DNA from: Eledone cirrhosa
Taxonomy: Eukaryota
Direction: 5' to 3'
DNA: 64,000 nt
Assembly (NCBI GenBank): GCA_964016885.1
Contig: OZ024742.1
Span: forward strand, 244,280,001-244,344,000
This document shows, in pieces, positions 1-13,483 of the stretch. The position numbers and the translations under genes are program-made. The notes below the pieces were generated by a model. It ran no database searches and was not told the origin of the DNA. It was given only the letters and a program-made list of their open reading frames with translations. Numbering within the stretch: the first letter of the stretch is position 1; each line of letters opens with the position of its first letter.

Positions 1-808
1 TTTTGCTATATATATATATATATATATATATATAAGATACAGTGGTTACTTGATAAAGATATTTAAAAATAAAAGTGGGGGACAGTCCTTTCTTCAGGTG
101 TCTGCTGGAGATCACGGACATTTCAACGCATTAAAGACAATATGTCTAACTCCAGTGCGGCAATAACTTGTGGAAGTTATTGGGGAAGGAAAAAAGGAGA
201 GAGGAAAAAGATTAAACAGAAGGGAAAAAAAAGAAGAAAAAAAAAACACAGAGCACATACCGAAAAAGAGAGGAACACGAGAAGCACATGTATATATATA
301 TAAGTAACCAGGAGAGAGAGAGAGAAATCAAAAACAGCTACTGAACATAAGTCCGAGGCTTTTGTTGACGATGAATTAGGGAGAGCAAAGAAAAACAAGT
401 CTGATATATAAACACACACACGCACACACACACACACAATATATATATATACAACTTTAGACTACTTTGATCTGACTTAATCTTTGTTTATGAGTTTATA
501 TTATTAGATTTGAAAGCAAATTAAGGTCAAACTATATCATCATACTGCCCAAAAACAATATTGTAAAGAAAATCAATTTCAGTTAATAAATTTTCAATGA
601 ATTTATATATACCAATTCTCACCTGAAAAGTGTAGTATTTATTAAAGTGGAGTGTGAAAACAAATAAGAAAGTAAATTTTATATAAGTAACAGAGTAAAT
701 GTATAGAGAGAGAAGAAGGGAGCGGAGGAGTAAGTTAGTTAGAATAGTATGCAAATGTAGAGGCTAGTTAACGAGAAGGGAATACAGAATGCTAGAAACA
801 GTGCTTAA

Positions 809-1427
809 CCCTTTAGCATTTAAACCGGCCATATCTGGCCAGAATTCTCTTACCTTTTTCTGTTCAAACCAGCTGTAACTGGCCACTCATACTGATGTTA
901 AGGTATTTTTCTCAAAATGAATAATATCAAAATCTCATAGATTCGATATTATGTGAGGTAAAGCCTTTATAGTGAAAATACGAGGGTAATCCCAAAAGTA
1001 AGGTCTCCAAAGCGATGGGGACGCAGAAAAACTGTTCGTGCGGCTGTTGGCAACACTGTTGTGATTGGTGCTTCCTTCACTCCCAAACAAGAATGCGCGC
1101 GCTTTGCTGGGATGCTCAATCTTGGGTTGGCAGCCGTTGAGAATGGAGCTCCCGTTGAACGCTACCGCCAAGTGTGAATTTCGCGCAGTTATTATATACG
1201 AGGACAATCCCAAAAGTAAGGTCTCCTTCTGAGGAAAACATGCGTAAAGATCGGCGGATCACTCTGGATGCTCTCTGCATTTTGGTTCCTGAGGTTTATC
1301 GAAGCACCATCCACGGGATTTTAACGGAAAAGTTGCAATATCGGAAGTTGCAATATCAGAAGGAGACCTTACTTTTGGTATTGCCCTCGTACAATAGTAT
1401 ATATACAGTAATGTAAATACTAAAGGG
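809..1427. mobile_element. piggyBac-like non-autonomous MITE, copy 1, carrying a nested mariner derivative
   Basis: TTAA at 805-808 and 1428-1431 flanks CCCTTTAGCATTTA...TAAATACTAAAGGG inverted termini. Homologous copies lie at 8306-8526 and 36911-37116. Confidence 0.9.
981..1389 (+). mobile_element. Internally deleted mariner derivative nested in the TTAA MITE
   Basis: TA duplication at 979-980 and 1390-1391. TIRs CGAGGGTAATCCCAAAAGTAAGGTCTCC / GGAGACCTTACTTTTGGTATTGCCCTCG. Transposase remnants MELPLNATAKCEFRAVI and DRRITLDALCILVPEVYRSTIHGILTEKLQYRK. The empty site (AAAATACAATAG) is visible in MITE copy 2. Confidence 0.88.
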
Positions 1428-1714
1428 TTAAATATCTTAGAGAAGGTTGTAAACACAAATTATAAACAAGATATGTACTGTTTATGATTGTAGACATTCA
1501 GGCTGACCAAAGAAACATATATATTCTCGATATTAGCCGAATTTTCTTTACTTCTCTCTCCACTATTATTATTAAATAGGGCAGTGGATTGGCAGAATTG
1601 GTAGAGAGTAGGACAAAATGTTTGATGGTATTTGTCCCGCCTCTTTACTTTCTCTCTTTTTACCATGCTAACCACCCTGGATACATCATGATACAACTAG
1701 CTGTGGTTTATGTA

Positions 1715-2062
1715 GTAATAGGGTAAATGGTACAGACCCCCTTTGGTCACGAATGACCATGGGATTAGCACCTAGAAAGTTCCCCTCACACGTCCGGGCA
1801 AGGTTGTTTGTGGAAGACCAGCAGTCACCCATGCATACCAGTCTCCTCTCTCCACACCACCGATGTTGTCCAAGAGAAAGGCAAAGACCGATACAGCTTA
1901 ACTCCAATGATTTCACAACTCATTTCTACAGCTGAGTGAACTGGAGCAACATGAATTAAAGTGTCTTGCTCAAGAACCCAACACAAAGCCCGGTAAGAGA
2001 ATCAAACCCATAACCTCATGATGTAAGCCCAACAGTCTAACCACTGAGACATGCGCCTTCAC
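1715..2062 (-). mobile_element. tRNA-derived SINE with CORE-like central domain
   Basis: The minus strand has a tRNA-like head (GGCGCATGTCTCAGTGGTTAG...GGTTTGATTC), then TTCTTGAGCAAGACACTTTA...CAGTTCACTCAGCTGTAGAAATGAG, resembling the CORE domain. Related copies near 21714, 30570 and 57400. Confidence 0.7.
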
Positions 2063-2261
2063 ATGTAGTGATACTTCAGAAAATATAAGACGATATTTCA
2101 TAAATGGGGACAGAAACATTAGTTTCTTATCATAACCCATAATTATATTATTGAGTGAGCTTAATGTATGGTGGTTCTGCAGGGCTATCATCAGACACAG
2201 AATAAATCTCCCTACAACACTGATAACAGTAAAAAATCAACATTGACTCTTTTATAATTAA

Positions 2262-5024
2262 GCTTAGATTAGTTGTAGGCAAGAGACTACTGACAATCAT
2301 CTCTGCCTATGCTCCCCAAGCAGGCCTTGTTAAAGAAGAGAAAAACTATTTTTACGAGCAACTTTTACAAACAACCGCAATGACAGAGGACGGAGACATC
2401 ATTATGCTAGCAGGGGACTGCAATGGTCATGTTGGACAGCTCCAGGATGGATAAACTGGGGTACATGGTGGGCACGGTTATGGCTCAAGAAATGAAGAAG
2501 GAGTGAGGCTTCTTGAATTTTGTGATGCAAGTGCACTAACCATTTGCAACTTCAAGAAACCTACCAACCACCTAATAACCTACAAATTAGGCGAGCACAT
2601 AAGCCAGATTGACTTCTTGCTAGTTAGGCAGTGAGACAGACAGATGGTGTCAAATACTAAGGCATACCTCGGGGAAGAACGTACACCACAGCATCGGTTA
2701 GTCGTTAGTGACATCTCAGTAAGCAAGAGAAAAAATGAGACATGCAGGAAGGTGTGGAAAAGGAAGGTCTGGAAGCTAAAAGACCTTTCACTAAAATATA
2801 AATTTAGGAAAGCCCTTCAAGATGTGTATGAAGAAAAAGAAGACGATTTAGAATCATATGACATAGATGATAACTGGAATTTCTTACGTGGCAACTTACT
2901 GCAGACTACTGAAGAAACTTGTGGTTGGAGTAGAGCTCCAACCAGACAGAGAGTAACCTGGTGGTGGAACAGCACAGCAGATAAGGCCATTAGAGACAAA
3001 AGACTAGCATGGAACGCTTGGAAAATTGGTGGGAGTAGAGAAGGATACACAGCTGCTAAGAAAGAAGCTAGACGTCAGGTGTACTTAGCACGCAGGGGGG
3101 TTGAGAGTAGGAGGTTTGCCAATGTTCTGCGATGGGAAGATTAGAGGCGTGCCATGTTCCACATTGCAAGGCAGTGTGTCAATGCAAATCAGGATGTTGT
3201 TGGAGATAAATGTGTCCGGAATGATGCCGGTGTACTTAGTGTCACAAATGATCAGAAAAAGTAGGCCTGGAAATGTCATTATGAGAGACTGATGAATGTG
3301 GAGAACAAATGGGAGAGAGAGAAATTACCCCCCAGTAGACCTGACAGAGGGACCAGCTATTGAGATTGACGAATATAGGGCCCAAGAGGCAATTAAGGAA
3401 ATGAAAAATGGTAAGGCTGCTGGACCGTTGGGAATAGTTGCTGAGATGCTGAAGGCATCAGGAGAAGTAGGCACTAAACTGGTTGCACGTATCATCAATC
3501 AAGCTATATATATGGCGGTGTCATACCCAAAGACTGGTGCAGCAGTATTCTCATAAATTGCTACAAAGGTAAAGGGGAAGCTCTGGAGAGAAGCAATTAT
3601 AGGGGCATAAAACTGATGGATCGGGTTATGAAAGTCGCAGAGAGAATATTAGCGCAACTGATTAGAGAAAGGGTCAAATTAGATGGGATGCAGTTTGGTT
3701 TTGTGCTTGGGAAAAGTACAACAGATGCCCTCTTCTTAGTGAGACAACTACAAGAGAGGTTCTTTGAGAATAAGCCACTATATTTAGCTTTTGTTGACCT
3801 AGAGAAGGCCTTTGATAGGGTATCCCGATCTGTCATCTGGTGGTCCCTAAGGAAACTAGGTGTAGAGGACAGTGCAAGCTATGTACAAAGGTGCTGTCAG
3901 TAAAGTGAGAGTAGGAATGGAGTTTAGTGAGGAGTTCCAGATACAAGTAGGAGTACATCAGAGTTTGGTCCTCAGCCCACTCTTGTTCATTATAGTCCTC
4001 CAAGCCATAACAGGAGTTTAAGACTGGCTGTCAATGGGAACTTCTCTATGCTGACGATCTGGTTCTTATAGCAGAATCAGTAGAGTAGCTAGACAAGAAA
4101 TTCTGGCTATGGAAACAGCAGTTGGAATCAAGAGGACTGAGAGTGAACATAGCTAAGACAAAAGTGTTGAAAAGTAGAAAAGAGGACAAAACTTTGATTC
4201 CATCAGGGAAATGGCCATGTTCGATATGTAGAAAAGGAACTGGCATAAATTCTATAAAATGTACGCAATGCAGATCTTGGGTACACAAGAGATGTAGTGG
4301 GATAGCAGGCAAACTAACAGGTAGGGAAAACTATGTATGCAGTAGATGTACAGGGAAATTTGACAGTAGAAGTCGCAGTGATAGACACATTTTTCAAATG
4401 CAGGTGGGTTATATAGAAGTGGTTGATAGCTTCTGGTACCTAGGTGATCAGATTAGCATGGGAGGGGTGTGTTCCAAGGCCATAGTATCTAGAATAAGGA
4501 CGGGCTGGAAAAAGTTTAGGGAGCTGCTTCCTCTGTTGACAAAGAAGGGTTTCTCCCTGCATACAAAAGGCCAGTTATATGATGCCTGTGTGAGATGCGC
4601 GATGCTGCATGGTAGTGAGACATGGGCAGCAACTGCAGAGGATATGCGATGGCTGGAGAGAAATGAGGCAAGCATGCTCCATTGGATGTGCAATGTAAAT
4701 GTGCGTGAACAACCAAGCATAGATGAGTTGAGAGAGAAACTGTGTATAAGAGGGATAAGTTGTAGTGTGCGGGAGAGAAGACTGCGATGGTATGGACATG
4801 TGATGCACATGGGGATGACCGCGGGGTAAAGAAGTGCCAAGAAATCCCAGTAGAAGGAAGACACAGTAGAGGAAGACCACAATAAACATGGGCAGAGGTG
4901 GTGAGAGCAGACTCCAGATCGCTGAAGCTCACGGAGGAGATGATGAAGGACTGTAACAAGTGGAGAGATGCTGTGCTGAATTGGACCCGTCCAACCCTTG
5001 CAAGCAGGAAAAAGCGGACGTAAA

Positions 5025-5058
<34 letters not shown>
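2262..5058 (+). mobile_element. RTE-clade non-LTR retrotransposon, 5'-truncated and degenerate (APE endonuclease, RT, PHD-like finger)
   Basis: EN motifs IISAYAPQAG and LAGDCNGHVG. RT motifs QFGFVLGKSTTDA, AFVDLEKAFDRV, LLYADDLVL and LRWYGHV, with many stops and frameshifts. Ends in GCGGACGTAAA followed by a (TGA)n tail. Confidence 0.93.
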
Positions 5059-5113
5059 GATATCTAGCTTTACAGGATTCAATTTAATGGAGTTTCACTG
5101 TGTATAATAATGA

Positions 5114-5430
5114 TCATCATCATCAATTAATCTCTGTTTTCACTGTTAGCAAGGGTTAGCCAAGTATTCAAAGACTGAGTCAGTTACTCAAGCAAGGCTT
5201 TTGACCTCTGACGTAAGAAGAGGATGCGCAATTTGCTTACATACAATCCTGCATTCCATGTGCATTTTATCATGACACTAGCACTAAGGAGGTTTTTATG
5301 TTTTTAACATAGCTGAAGGATCCTCCTGACCCTTTGTTTTGCAGGTCTTTTACAACTGGATGCCCTTTCTATCAACAACCATTTTACAGAGTGTACTAGC
5401 TACATTTATCATGTAGTTCATCAACACTCC
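5114..5430 (-). mobile_element. Degenerate SINE with Meta-like domain and RTE-type tail
   Basis: (CAT)n tail and TTTTACAACTGGATGCCCTTTCT, the reverse complement of the AGGAAGGGCATCCAG motif shared by many copies in the window. Confidence 0.5.
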
Positions 5431-5481
5431 CATTTATTTTGAAAGTTTGTATATGAACATATGTATGTGTGTGTGTGTGTG

Positions 5482-8400
5482 TAGCACCAGTTAGTGAAAT
5501 ACCTGCAGGTAGCCAACTCTGTGCTGATGGTAGTGAGTAGGGAGGTGGTCCTATGGCCAAGGACACCACTGCTGGTGGTGAGGTGAGAGCGTTACAGACA
5601 ACAGTGATTCCACTGAGATCGGAACTATTGTTGCAGTATAGTTTGAGTTGCTCATTTGAGATGGATGTGTGAGGATGGGGGAGCCTGACAGACAGTGTAA
5701 AATGAAGGCTGGAGTGATAGTGGGACAAAACCTGGTAGAGACAGGTGCTGATGAAGTGCTGGTTGTGGGTGCCAATTTCTCAAGGGAGACACAGAAGATT
5801 CACAAAGGACAGATTGTGGGACTGTGTCAGGCAGAGGACCAGCAGCAGTGACGGCTGTGTACCTGCAGAAGAAGTGTAGTCAAAGGAAGTGGGGGTCTGC
5901 CAGTGCATTTACAAGACCTATTTGCTAGGAGTTGTCAGTGCTGCTTAGATGATGCTGAGGCAGCTGCTAGTGAGGTCTGCTGATGTGTTCTCTGGAGGAG
6001 ATGTAGACCTTGATTGCATGGACCTGGTGGAGAACCATATTGACACTGGGGAACATTGCCCAATCATGCAGCCAGCTCAGAGGATGGCACCAACTCAGCG
6101 ACAGGAAATGGAAAAGGTGATGGAAGATTATCAATGCCAGGGTGTAATAGAAAAATTGAGCAGTCCCTGGGCATTGGCAGTTGTTTTGGTGCAGAAGAAA
6201 GCAGGATACCTTCAAATCGGGGTTGCCAAGAAAGATAACGAGAAGACTGCATTTTCATATGGATGGGGTTTGTGGCAGTTAAAGGTCAAGCCATTCGGCT
6301 TGTGTAACGCTCCTGCAACATTCAAGTGCCTTGTGGATTGGATACTGGAGGGCCAATACTGGCAGACAGCCCTTTCTATCTTGATGGTATCATTTTATTT
6401 GGACAGACTTTCAATCAGGAATTGGAGAGGTCGTCAGAGGTATTCGAGAGGTTTCAAGCTGCATGTCACAAGTTGAGCCTAAAGAAGTGTTATCTGTTCC
6501 AGAAGGAAGTGAAATACCTGGGACATGTGGGCAAAGTCGATATCCAGAGAAGGTGGCAGCTGTGAAGGATTGGCCGGTTCCTACCTGTGTGAAGGAATTG
6601 AGAAGTTTCTTAGGACAGTGTACCGACTACATGTGCTTTGTAAAGGACTTTGCGACAGTGGCTGCACCTTTGTACAAGCTGTTGGGAAAGGGCCAGAAGT
6701 TTGCATGGACCGCAGTGACCTACAGGGCCTTTGACAAACTCAATCATGCACTAGCGAGTTCCCCTGTGTTGGCATACCCAGACCAGCATCAGCCATTCAT
6801 CCTAGACTGTGACATCAGTGACCACAGTATTGGTGGAGTACTGTCTCAGAGGGAGGGTGACAAGGAATGTGTGGTAGCATGCTACAGTAAGAAGCCCAGT
6901 CCACTGGAGCAGAACTACCGTGTGACTCTGTAATGAAGAGTATTGACTTTTTCCATCCGTACCTGTCCATCAGAAAGGACCATGCAGAACTCAAGTGGCC
7001 TAAGACACTGAAGAATATGGAGAGTCAGTTGGCATGGTGGCTAAGGAAGCTGGACCAGCACAACTATGAGGTACAGCACCGTCCAGGGAAGGTACATGGC
7101 AATGCTGACAGTTTGAGTCATCAGTCTTGTGACAGGATTGCAAGCATTATAATGGAAGGGAAGATCGTAGCAGGAAGTGCAACTGTACTGCAGTGACTGG
7201 GCATGTGTTGACTGAAGAAGAACTGAAGAAGAGACAGATGGAGGATGCAGACTCAAGACCAGTTATATCGTGGCTGCAGCAGAGTGCAGTGAAACAGACC
7301 ATCTTGGGAAGAAGTGTCCAGGTCCAGCCCTGAGACTATGAGCTACTAGAGCCAGTGGGACCTTCTTTGCCTGAACAATAGACTACTTGAGAGGTGATGG
7401 GAGAAACACGATGGCCTTAACAAGTATTGGCAACTGGGTGATGCCGAAGAAGATGAGACCTGAGCTGTTAGAAGAAACTTATGATCTGCTTATAAGTGAT
7501 ATTTGGGAGTAAAGAAAACTTCAGTTGTAGCAGAGGTTCTACTGGATGGGCATGCATGAAGACGCTGAAGAATGGTGTTGGTCCGGTGATGTATGCTGTA
7601 CCAAGAAGGGACCCAAGAAGCAGAAGTGTGCCCCTCTTCAGCTGTACCATGTGGATGCATCTATGGAAAGAGTAACTGTGAATATAGCTGGACCTTAGCC
7701 ACTCACTGAAAGAGGAAGTCGGTACATATGCGTGGCCATGGACTGCTTCACAAAGTGGCCAGAAGCCTATACCATCCCTGATCAAGAAGCCATAACTGTT
7801 GTGCAAATGTGGTGGACCAGTTCGTCTGTCGGTTTGGGATGCCCCAAGGGCTGCATTCCGACCAGGGTAGGAACTTTGAATCAGCTGTGATTCAGGAGTT
7901 GTAAGTTGTTTGGGATTAAGAAGACTAGGACAACCCCACTGAGACCACAGTCGGATAGGATGGTGGAGAAGTTTAATTGGAAAATAATTAGCCAAGTATT
8001 GTGAAGAACAGATGGAATGGGATCTGAAGTTACCCACTTTGTTGATGGCATATCATTTGGCAACGTATGACACTACTGGTTATACACCTGCAAAACTGAT
8101 CCTGGACCACGAGATGAGACTCCCGGTTGATCTGTTGATGGGAAAATCACCAGGTGAAGAACTACCTAATGAAACCTCCATCTATGGTGAAACATTTACA
8201 AGAGAGATTGATAGAGGTACACCAGCAAGTTAGGGAAGCTCTGAAGTTTTCAGGTGGAGTGATGAAATGTTGGTATGATGCCAGGGCTAGTGAGATCAAC
8301 TTTAACCCTTTAACATTCAAACCGGCTGTATCCGGCCAGAATTCTCTCACCTCTTTCTGTTAAAACTGGCTGTAACTGGCCGCTCATACTGATGTTAAGG

Positions 8401-9013
8401 TATTATTCTCAAAATAAATAACATCAAAATCTTCTAGATTTGATATTATGTGAGGTAATCATGTGAGATAAAGCCTTTGTCACAAAAATACAATAGTATA
8501 TATAGAGTAATGTAAATGCTAAAGGGTTAAGGAGGGTGATGAAGTGTGGTTTTATAATCCCCAGTGGAAGAAGGGACAGTTGCCAAAGCTGCAGAATCCA
8601 TTGGAAGGACCCTATACTGTGATGAATTGTCTATTTGGTGTGACGTACAGGATTCGAGGAAACAAGAGGTCTCATCCTAAGATTGTGTATGTGAACCATC
8701 TGTGGAAGTACTATGGGTCTGGCCAGTTCAGTTGGGACCACCCTGGGAGGTTGGACACATCTGTTTACAAAGGTACTGGGAAGGGCCAAGGAGAAGGAGA
8801 ACAATGGCAAGACAGTCACTGTGAGGAAGAAGTAAACCAAAAAGAGAATCAAGAGACACCAGTAGAAATGAATCCAAGTTGAGAAAAACAATGTCCTCGG
8901 AAGCAGCAAAGGAAAAAACCCTATAAGTTCAAGGATTATTTTCCGTATGATTAATAAATATTTATAAATGTTGTGTACTTTTGTCTGGTCAACAAAGATG
9001 TTGGGAGGGGTAG
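5482..9013 (+). mobile_element. Gypsy/Ty3 LTR retrotransposon internal region (pol: RT, RNase H, integrase), pseudogenised
   Basis: SSPWALAVVLVQKK, KTAF...PFGLCNAPATF, YLDGII (decayed YxDD), ELRSFLG and FILDCDISDHSIGGVLSQ (RNase H). HRPGKVHGNADSLS, integrase remnants and a GPY motif (EGPYTV). Domain order is RT-RH-IN. Confidence 0.92.
8306..8526. mobile_element. piggyBac-like MITE, copy 2, inserted in the Gypsy integrase
   Basis: TTAA at 8302-8305 and 8527-8530, with CCCTTT...AAAGGG termini. Removing it restores the frame EINF-KEGDEVWFYN. Confidence 0.93.
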
Positions 9014-9473
9014 TGTTATGAAGGAGATAGTAAAGTCTGTCATCAGCTGTAAATGGTATCACTCGAATTAGAAACACTGCTCCCCAGATCTACAAAAGAA
9101 AGTGAAGAAAAACGAACAATGGATCACATGGCTAATTTGAAGCATGATACACTGGTTTTATTTGTGCGTTTTACTGGAGGTAAACTATTTTAACCAGTAG
9201 AGTTACCAATTCAGGGAGTTGGTGTGAAGAAAGCAGTGAGAGCACGTGGTCTGATGTCAGTGGCATGGTAAAGACAGTTGGTGTGATGTTGACGATGTGA
9301 ATAGTTGGCGTGAACCTGGGCAGTGAAGAACAACATTACACAAGACATCCAGCCTGGTGCATCTATTTCTCCCATTCTAAGTAAGTTGACAGGCTGGACA
9401 GGCTTGTGGTTTCCCAGCTGTTGACTTTGGGCTGTTGGAGCCGTGTTGTAGTTGGAGACCACATTTCGCAACA
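9014..9473 (+). mobile_element. Putative 3' LTR of the Gypsy element
   Basis: A polypurine tract GGGAGGGGTAG immediately precedes TGTTATG, and the segment ends in CGCAACA (TGTT...AACA). No 5' LTR was found for confirmation. Confidence 0.65.
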
Positions 9474-9657
9474 ATATGTAAATATAGCTTAAATTATTAA
9501 ATAAATCCCCGGTTTTGAAGTTGTACGAGGGTGAGAGTAATTTGGTGTCCTCATCGTTTTGTTGATAGTTTCTGAGTTGTCAATGAAGAATTCTTTTATT
9601 GAGCTGTTCTTAACAATGACACATTGAAAGATAGTTGCTAGTTGCTTTAAGATAAAA

Positions 9658-10698
9658 TACAAGTTTTGTCCCCAAAGTAAAGGTACTAATATATATAGAT
9701 GGATATAATAGATGGACATGAAATTACTAGTTATCTCCTTCAAAATACGACACTTGGGAAGTCACACAGTGGTTCCAACGTTTTTTCCATTGATCGTAAC
9801 AGCACCGGAAGACAATAAGTGTCCTTATCTTGGCTATTACAATTTTTAGTGTTTTCCACAGTCCCAAAATGATAACCTTTCAGCTTCAATTTCAACTTAG
9901 GGAAGAGGTAGAAATCACATTCCGAGACATCTTTAAAGATGGTGTGCTTAACTGTCTGTCCTGGAGGTAAAAATTCTTTATGAACAATACCACAGCTGTT
10001 AAAAAAAACGATAATCATCGTTTTCACTCTGTATCTGCTCATGTGTGATTTCTTTGGACAAGAAGAATTTTTTGTGTGTCACTCCTCACTTTGCCATTTT
10101 GTTTGTGGATCGTACTCAAAAACCCATGACTCATCTCCTGTTATTATTTTATCCAAGTAATTTGGCTCAATTTCAAGGTTTTCTAGCAAATTCTGACAAA
10201 TTTTCAACTGGTTCACTTTTTGCCCCACAGACAAATGTTTGGGCACTAGTTTTGCCCAAATTTTTTGCATGTGCAAATGGTCTGAGAACAGCATTTTAAT
10301 CCAAGCCCATTTCTTCTGCAATCATCCAAGTACTTAATTGGTGATCTTCTGCCAACACAGCTCACACCACTTTCACATTTTGTTCATTTTTTTTACGAGA
10401 TTGGCCTTTCAGAACGAGATTCATCTTCAACAATTTCTCAGACCTCTTTGAAAGCTTTGTGCCACTTAAAAACATTTGACCATGTATCATTGTTTGATAT
10501 TTTCCTGCATCACAAAAGTAACAGAGGTTATAAACATGACTGTATATAATTAACAATAACTCATGACTGACTCAATCGATCATATTGAAAAAAGTATGTA
10601 CTTCAAAACCAACAAGCCTATACACATCGAACTGCTGGGTTACCTACCATGTTGTACATGGGAAAATCTGTACCCTTACTTTTGGGACAAACCTTGTA
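9658..10698 (-). mobile_element. mariner transposon, degenerate and internally deleted
   Basis: Transposase motifs WAKLVPKHLS, IITGDESWVFEYDP, KTMIIVFFNSCGIVHKEFLPPGQTV and CDFYLFPKLK. TIRs TACAAGTTTTGTCCCCAAAGTAAAGGTAC (9658) and GTACCCTTACTTTTGGGACAAACCTTGTA (ending 10698). Confidence 0.92.
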
Positions 10699-10822
10699 CA
10701 TTATACAGGACAACACAAATACTCATAAATATAAAAACAGGAAACAAAACATAGTTTGAATATTATTCCTACTAAATTTTAGAAATTAACACTTCTCTGT
10801 TGACCATAAATATCATAAACTC

Positions 10823-11202
10823 TGTAGCAGGAGTTGCCTCCCTTGTTGTGACACTCACATCCCCAATAGATTAACGCTCTCTAGACAGGAAGTAGAACCC
10901 TTTCTGTAACTTCCGGTCAGAACCCTATAAAACTAACAACTTTAAGTTCTCTATCTCTCATTTGCCTTTCCGGCGCCTGGCCTTCGCCAGGCGTCTTCTG
11001 CCAGCCGCGTTCGCCTGGCAATCAAAACGGTAACTAATAACTTTACTTCATTCTTTCATCTATTCATTGACATGTCAACTCTACTGTTCTATATATCCAC
11101 ATTGTTTATTAAATATTATACACACTAGTATTTTGTTATAACTCTTTAATAGAAATAGTGTTAAGGTGAGTTAAAGTTGTAACAAAATATTTACTGCTTC
11201 CA
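10823..11202 (+). mobile_element. Possible solo LTR
   Basis: Starts TGTAGCAG and ends CTGCTTCCA, with internal CTATAAAA, a GC-rich stretch and ATTAAA. No clean TSD. Confidence 0.3.
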
Positions 11203-11587
11203 TAATCAGTATAAACAGAAAAGAAATGTCCTGTGAGATCACACAAAGCATATTTCTTCTATTTAACTGCAACAACATTGATATCCACCCTCTCAGTGGT
11301 ATGTGACTTTCTAGAGCATTTATTTAGTGGGTTTACTGAAAACCCCCTTTAAATGATAGCATATGGTTTCAAATTCTATCTTACTGCATACAAATGTAGA
11401 CAAGTGTCTTCAATGCTTTGTGAGGGAAGGTTTGCAGATAGAAAACGAATGAAGCCCATCATTGCACGTGCGCGCGCATGTGTGTGTGTTTATCTTTCTA
11501 TTTTTACTTCATGTTTTATATGGCTCACCTCAAACAGGTGGTGATATTTATTTTTGCTCTACATAAACAGAATCCATAAATATGGAC

Positions 11588-12211
11588 CAGCAATCCTTAT
11601 GATAACAACAGTGACTTTGAGATTATCTTGCTGAGTTAACATACTCCAGTCCTTATGATAACCACAGTGACTTTGAGATTATCTTGCTGAGTTAACATAC
11701 TCCAGTCCTTATGATAACAACAGTGACTTTGAGATTATCTTGCTGAGTTAACATACTCCAGTCCTTATGATAACCACAGTAACTTTGAGATTATCTTGCT
11801 GAGTTAACATACTCCAGTCCTTATGATAACCACAGTGACTTTGGGATTATCTTGGTGAGTTAACATAGTCTAGTCCTTATGGTAACCACAGTGACTTTGG
11901 GATTATCTTGCTGAGCTAACATAGTCCCAGTCCTTATGATAACAACAGTGACTTTGAGATTATCTTGCTGAGTTAACATACTCCAGTCCTTATGATAACC
12001 ACAGTGACTTTGGCATTATCTTGCTGAGTTAACATACTCCAGTCCTTATGATAACAACTGTGACTTTGAGATTATCTTGCTGAGCTAACATAGTCCAGTC
12101 CTTATGATAACAACTGTGACTTTGAGATTATCTTGCTGAGTTAACATACTCCAGTCCTTATGATAACCACAGTGACTTTGGGATTATCTTGGTGAGTTAA
12201 CATACTCCAAT
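11588..12211. repeat. Minisatellite, 56-bp unit, about 11 copies
   Basis: Unit CAGTCCTTATGATAACAACAGTGACTTTGAGATTATCTTGCTGAGTTAACATACTC, period 56 (11646 to 11702). Confidence 0.95.
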
Positions 12212-13483
12212 CCATGACATAAAGACAGCACATTGCAGCACACAAACTGATGTTCAATATTTAAAGAATCAGTACAGGTGGGATTGTATATAATACAAGT
12301 GTTTATCAATGCTTCATTTCCTGTCAGATAATTAAAATAATTCCTGATCAAATGGATTTATAGTAATTAGTAAGTGAACATTAGAGTTGTTAATTACTTC
12401 AATTATATACACATTTTATTCATTTAACAGGCTACATCATTTCAGAAATATTTTCTACATTATGTTGATTATGTGTTCATAAAATCTGATTAGTAACATT
12501 AATTAAGTCTGAGATATGGCGGGGATGAATTCTTTTCATATGATCTGTGTCTTTATATCAAATGGTTGTAGACATATAATTAAAAATATTATGACATTCT
12601 GCCAAAAATTAGAAAACAAATTTTAACGTAAATCTTTTTCTATGGTGAATAGGTGTTAATGTATTTTGTTTTAAATGATTTTACAATTTATGTTTCACCA
12701 TTTTCGTGCTGGTCGAATAATTCTGCAAATGTATTGCTGTGAGAGCTGTTGTTTCTACTTGTGAAAGTTATTCCTAATATCAGTCAGTCAACTATAAATT
12801 TTTGATATGTGTTTACTGATGTCAATAGGACAATGTATCTTACCTAAGATAACAAACATCACTTGAGGCGCACAACCATTGTTCTATAGAAATTATAAAT
12901 AGTTATTTTATCAAGCATGACAGGATGAAAGGATATGACAATGTCAAGTAACATTTGAACACTGTATAGCATAAGATGAAGCTCCATATCTTAAAACTAT
13001 CCTATACTGATAAGATTACATGTATCCAAAATACAATTATTAAGTAATATCCACTCAAAGAAAAATGTCACAGGAAAATATTTTAAAGAAATATACTTCT
13101 TGAAACATGATGCATTTTGTCGAAAGTCTAAGTACAAGATTCCAGTAGACACTATTTCAAACACTAACACTCAATAGAGAAAATCAAAAGCACACCCCAG
13201 TGTACAAAATCTTTCACTGAAATTCATATAAACTTTATTAGGCATTATGAAAACTTAAACCAAGTAAGAAATTTTATATATCAGACAGCCCTGACAACAT
13301 TAATTACACTAAATATGTAATGTTTTGTTAGGAGTGTATGTATACATATATATATATATATATATCATCATCATCATCACCTTTTTACACACACACATAC
13401 ACACATGCACACATATAAGTTTATAAAAAAGTGACAAGGTAAAGATGGAGATGACTGTTTGTCTTATGTATCTGTGTGCATTT

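Noticed and set aside
76-100. Minus-strand CTGAAGAAAGGACTGTCC as a hammerhead
   Set aside because: No GAAA follows the stem, so the core is incomplete.
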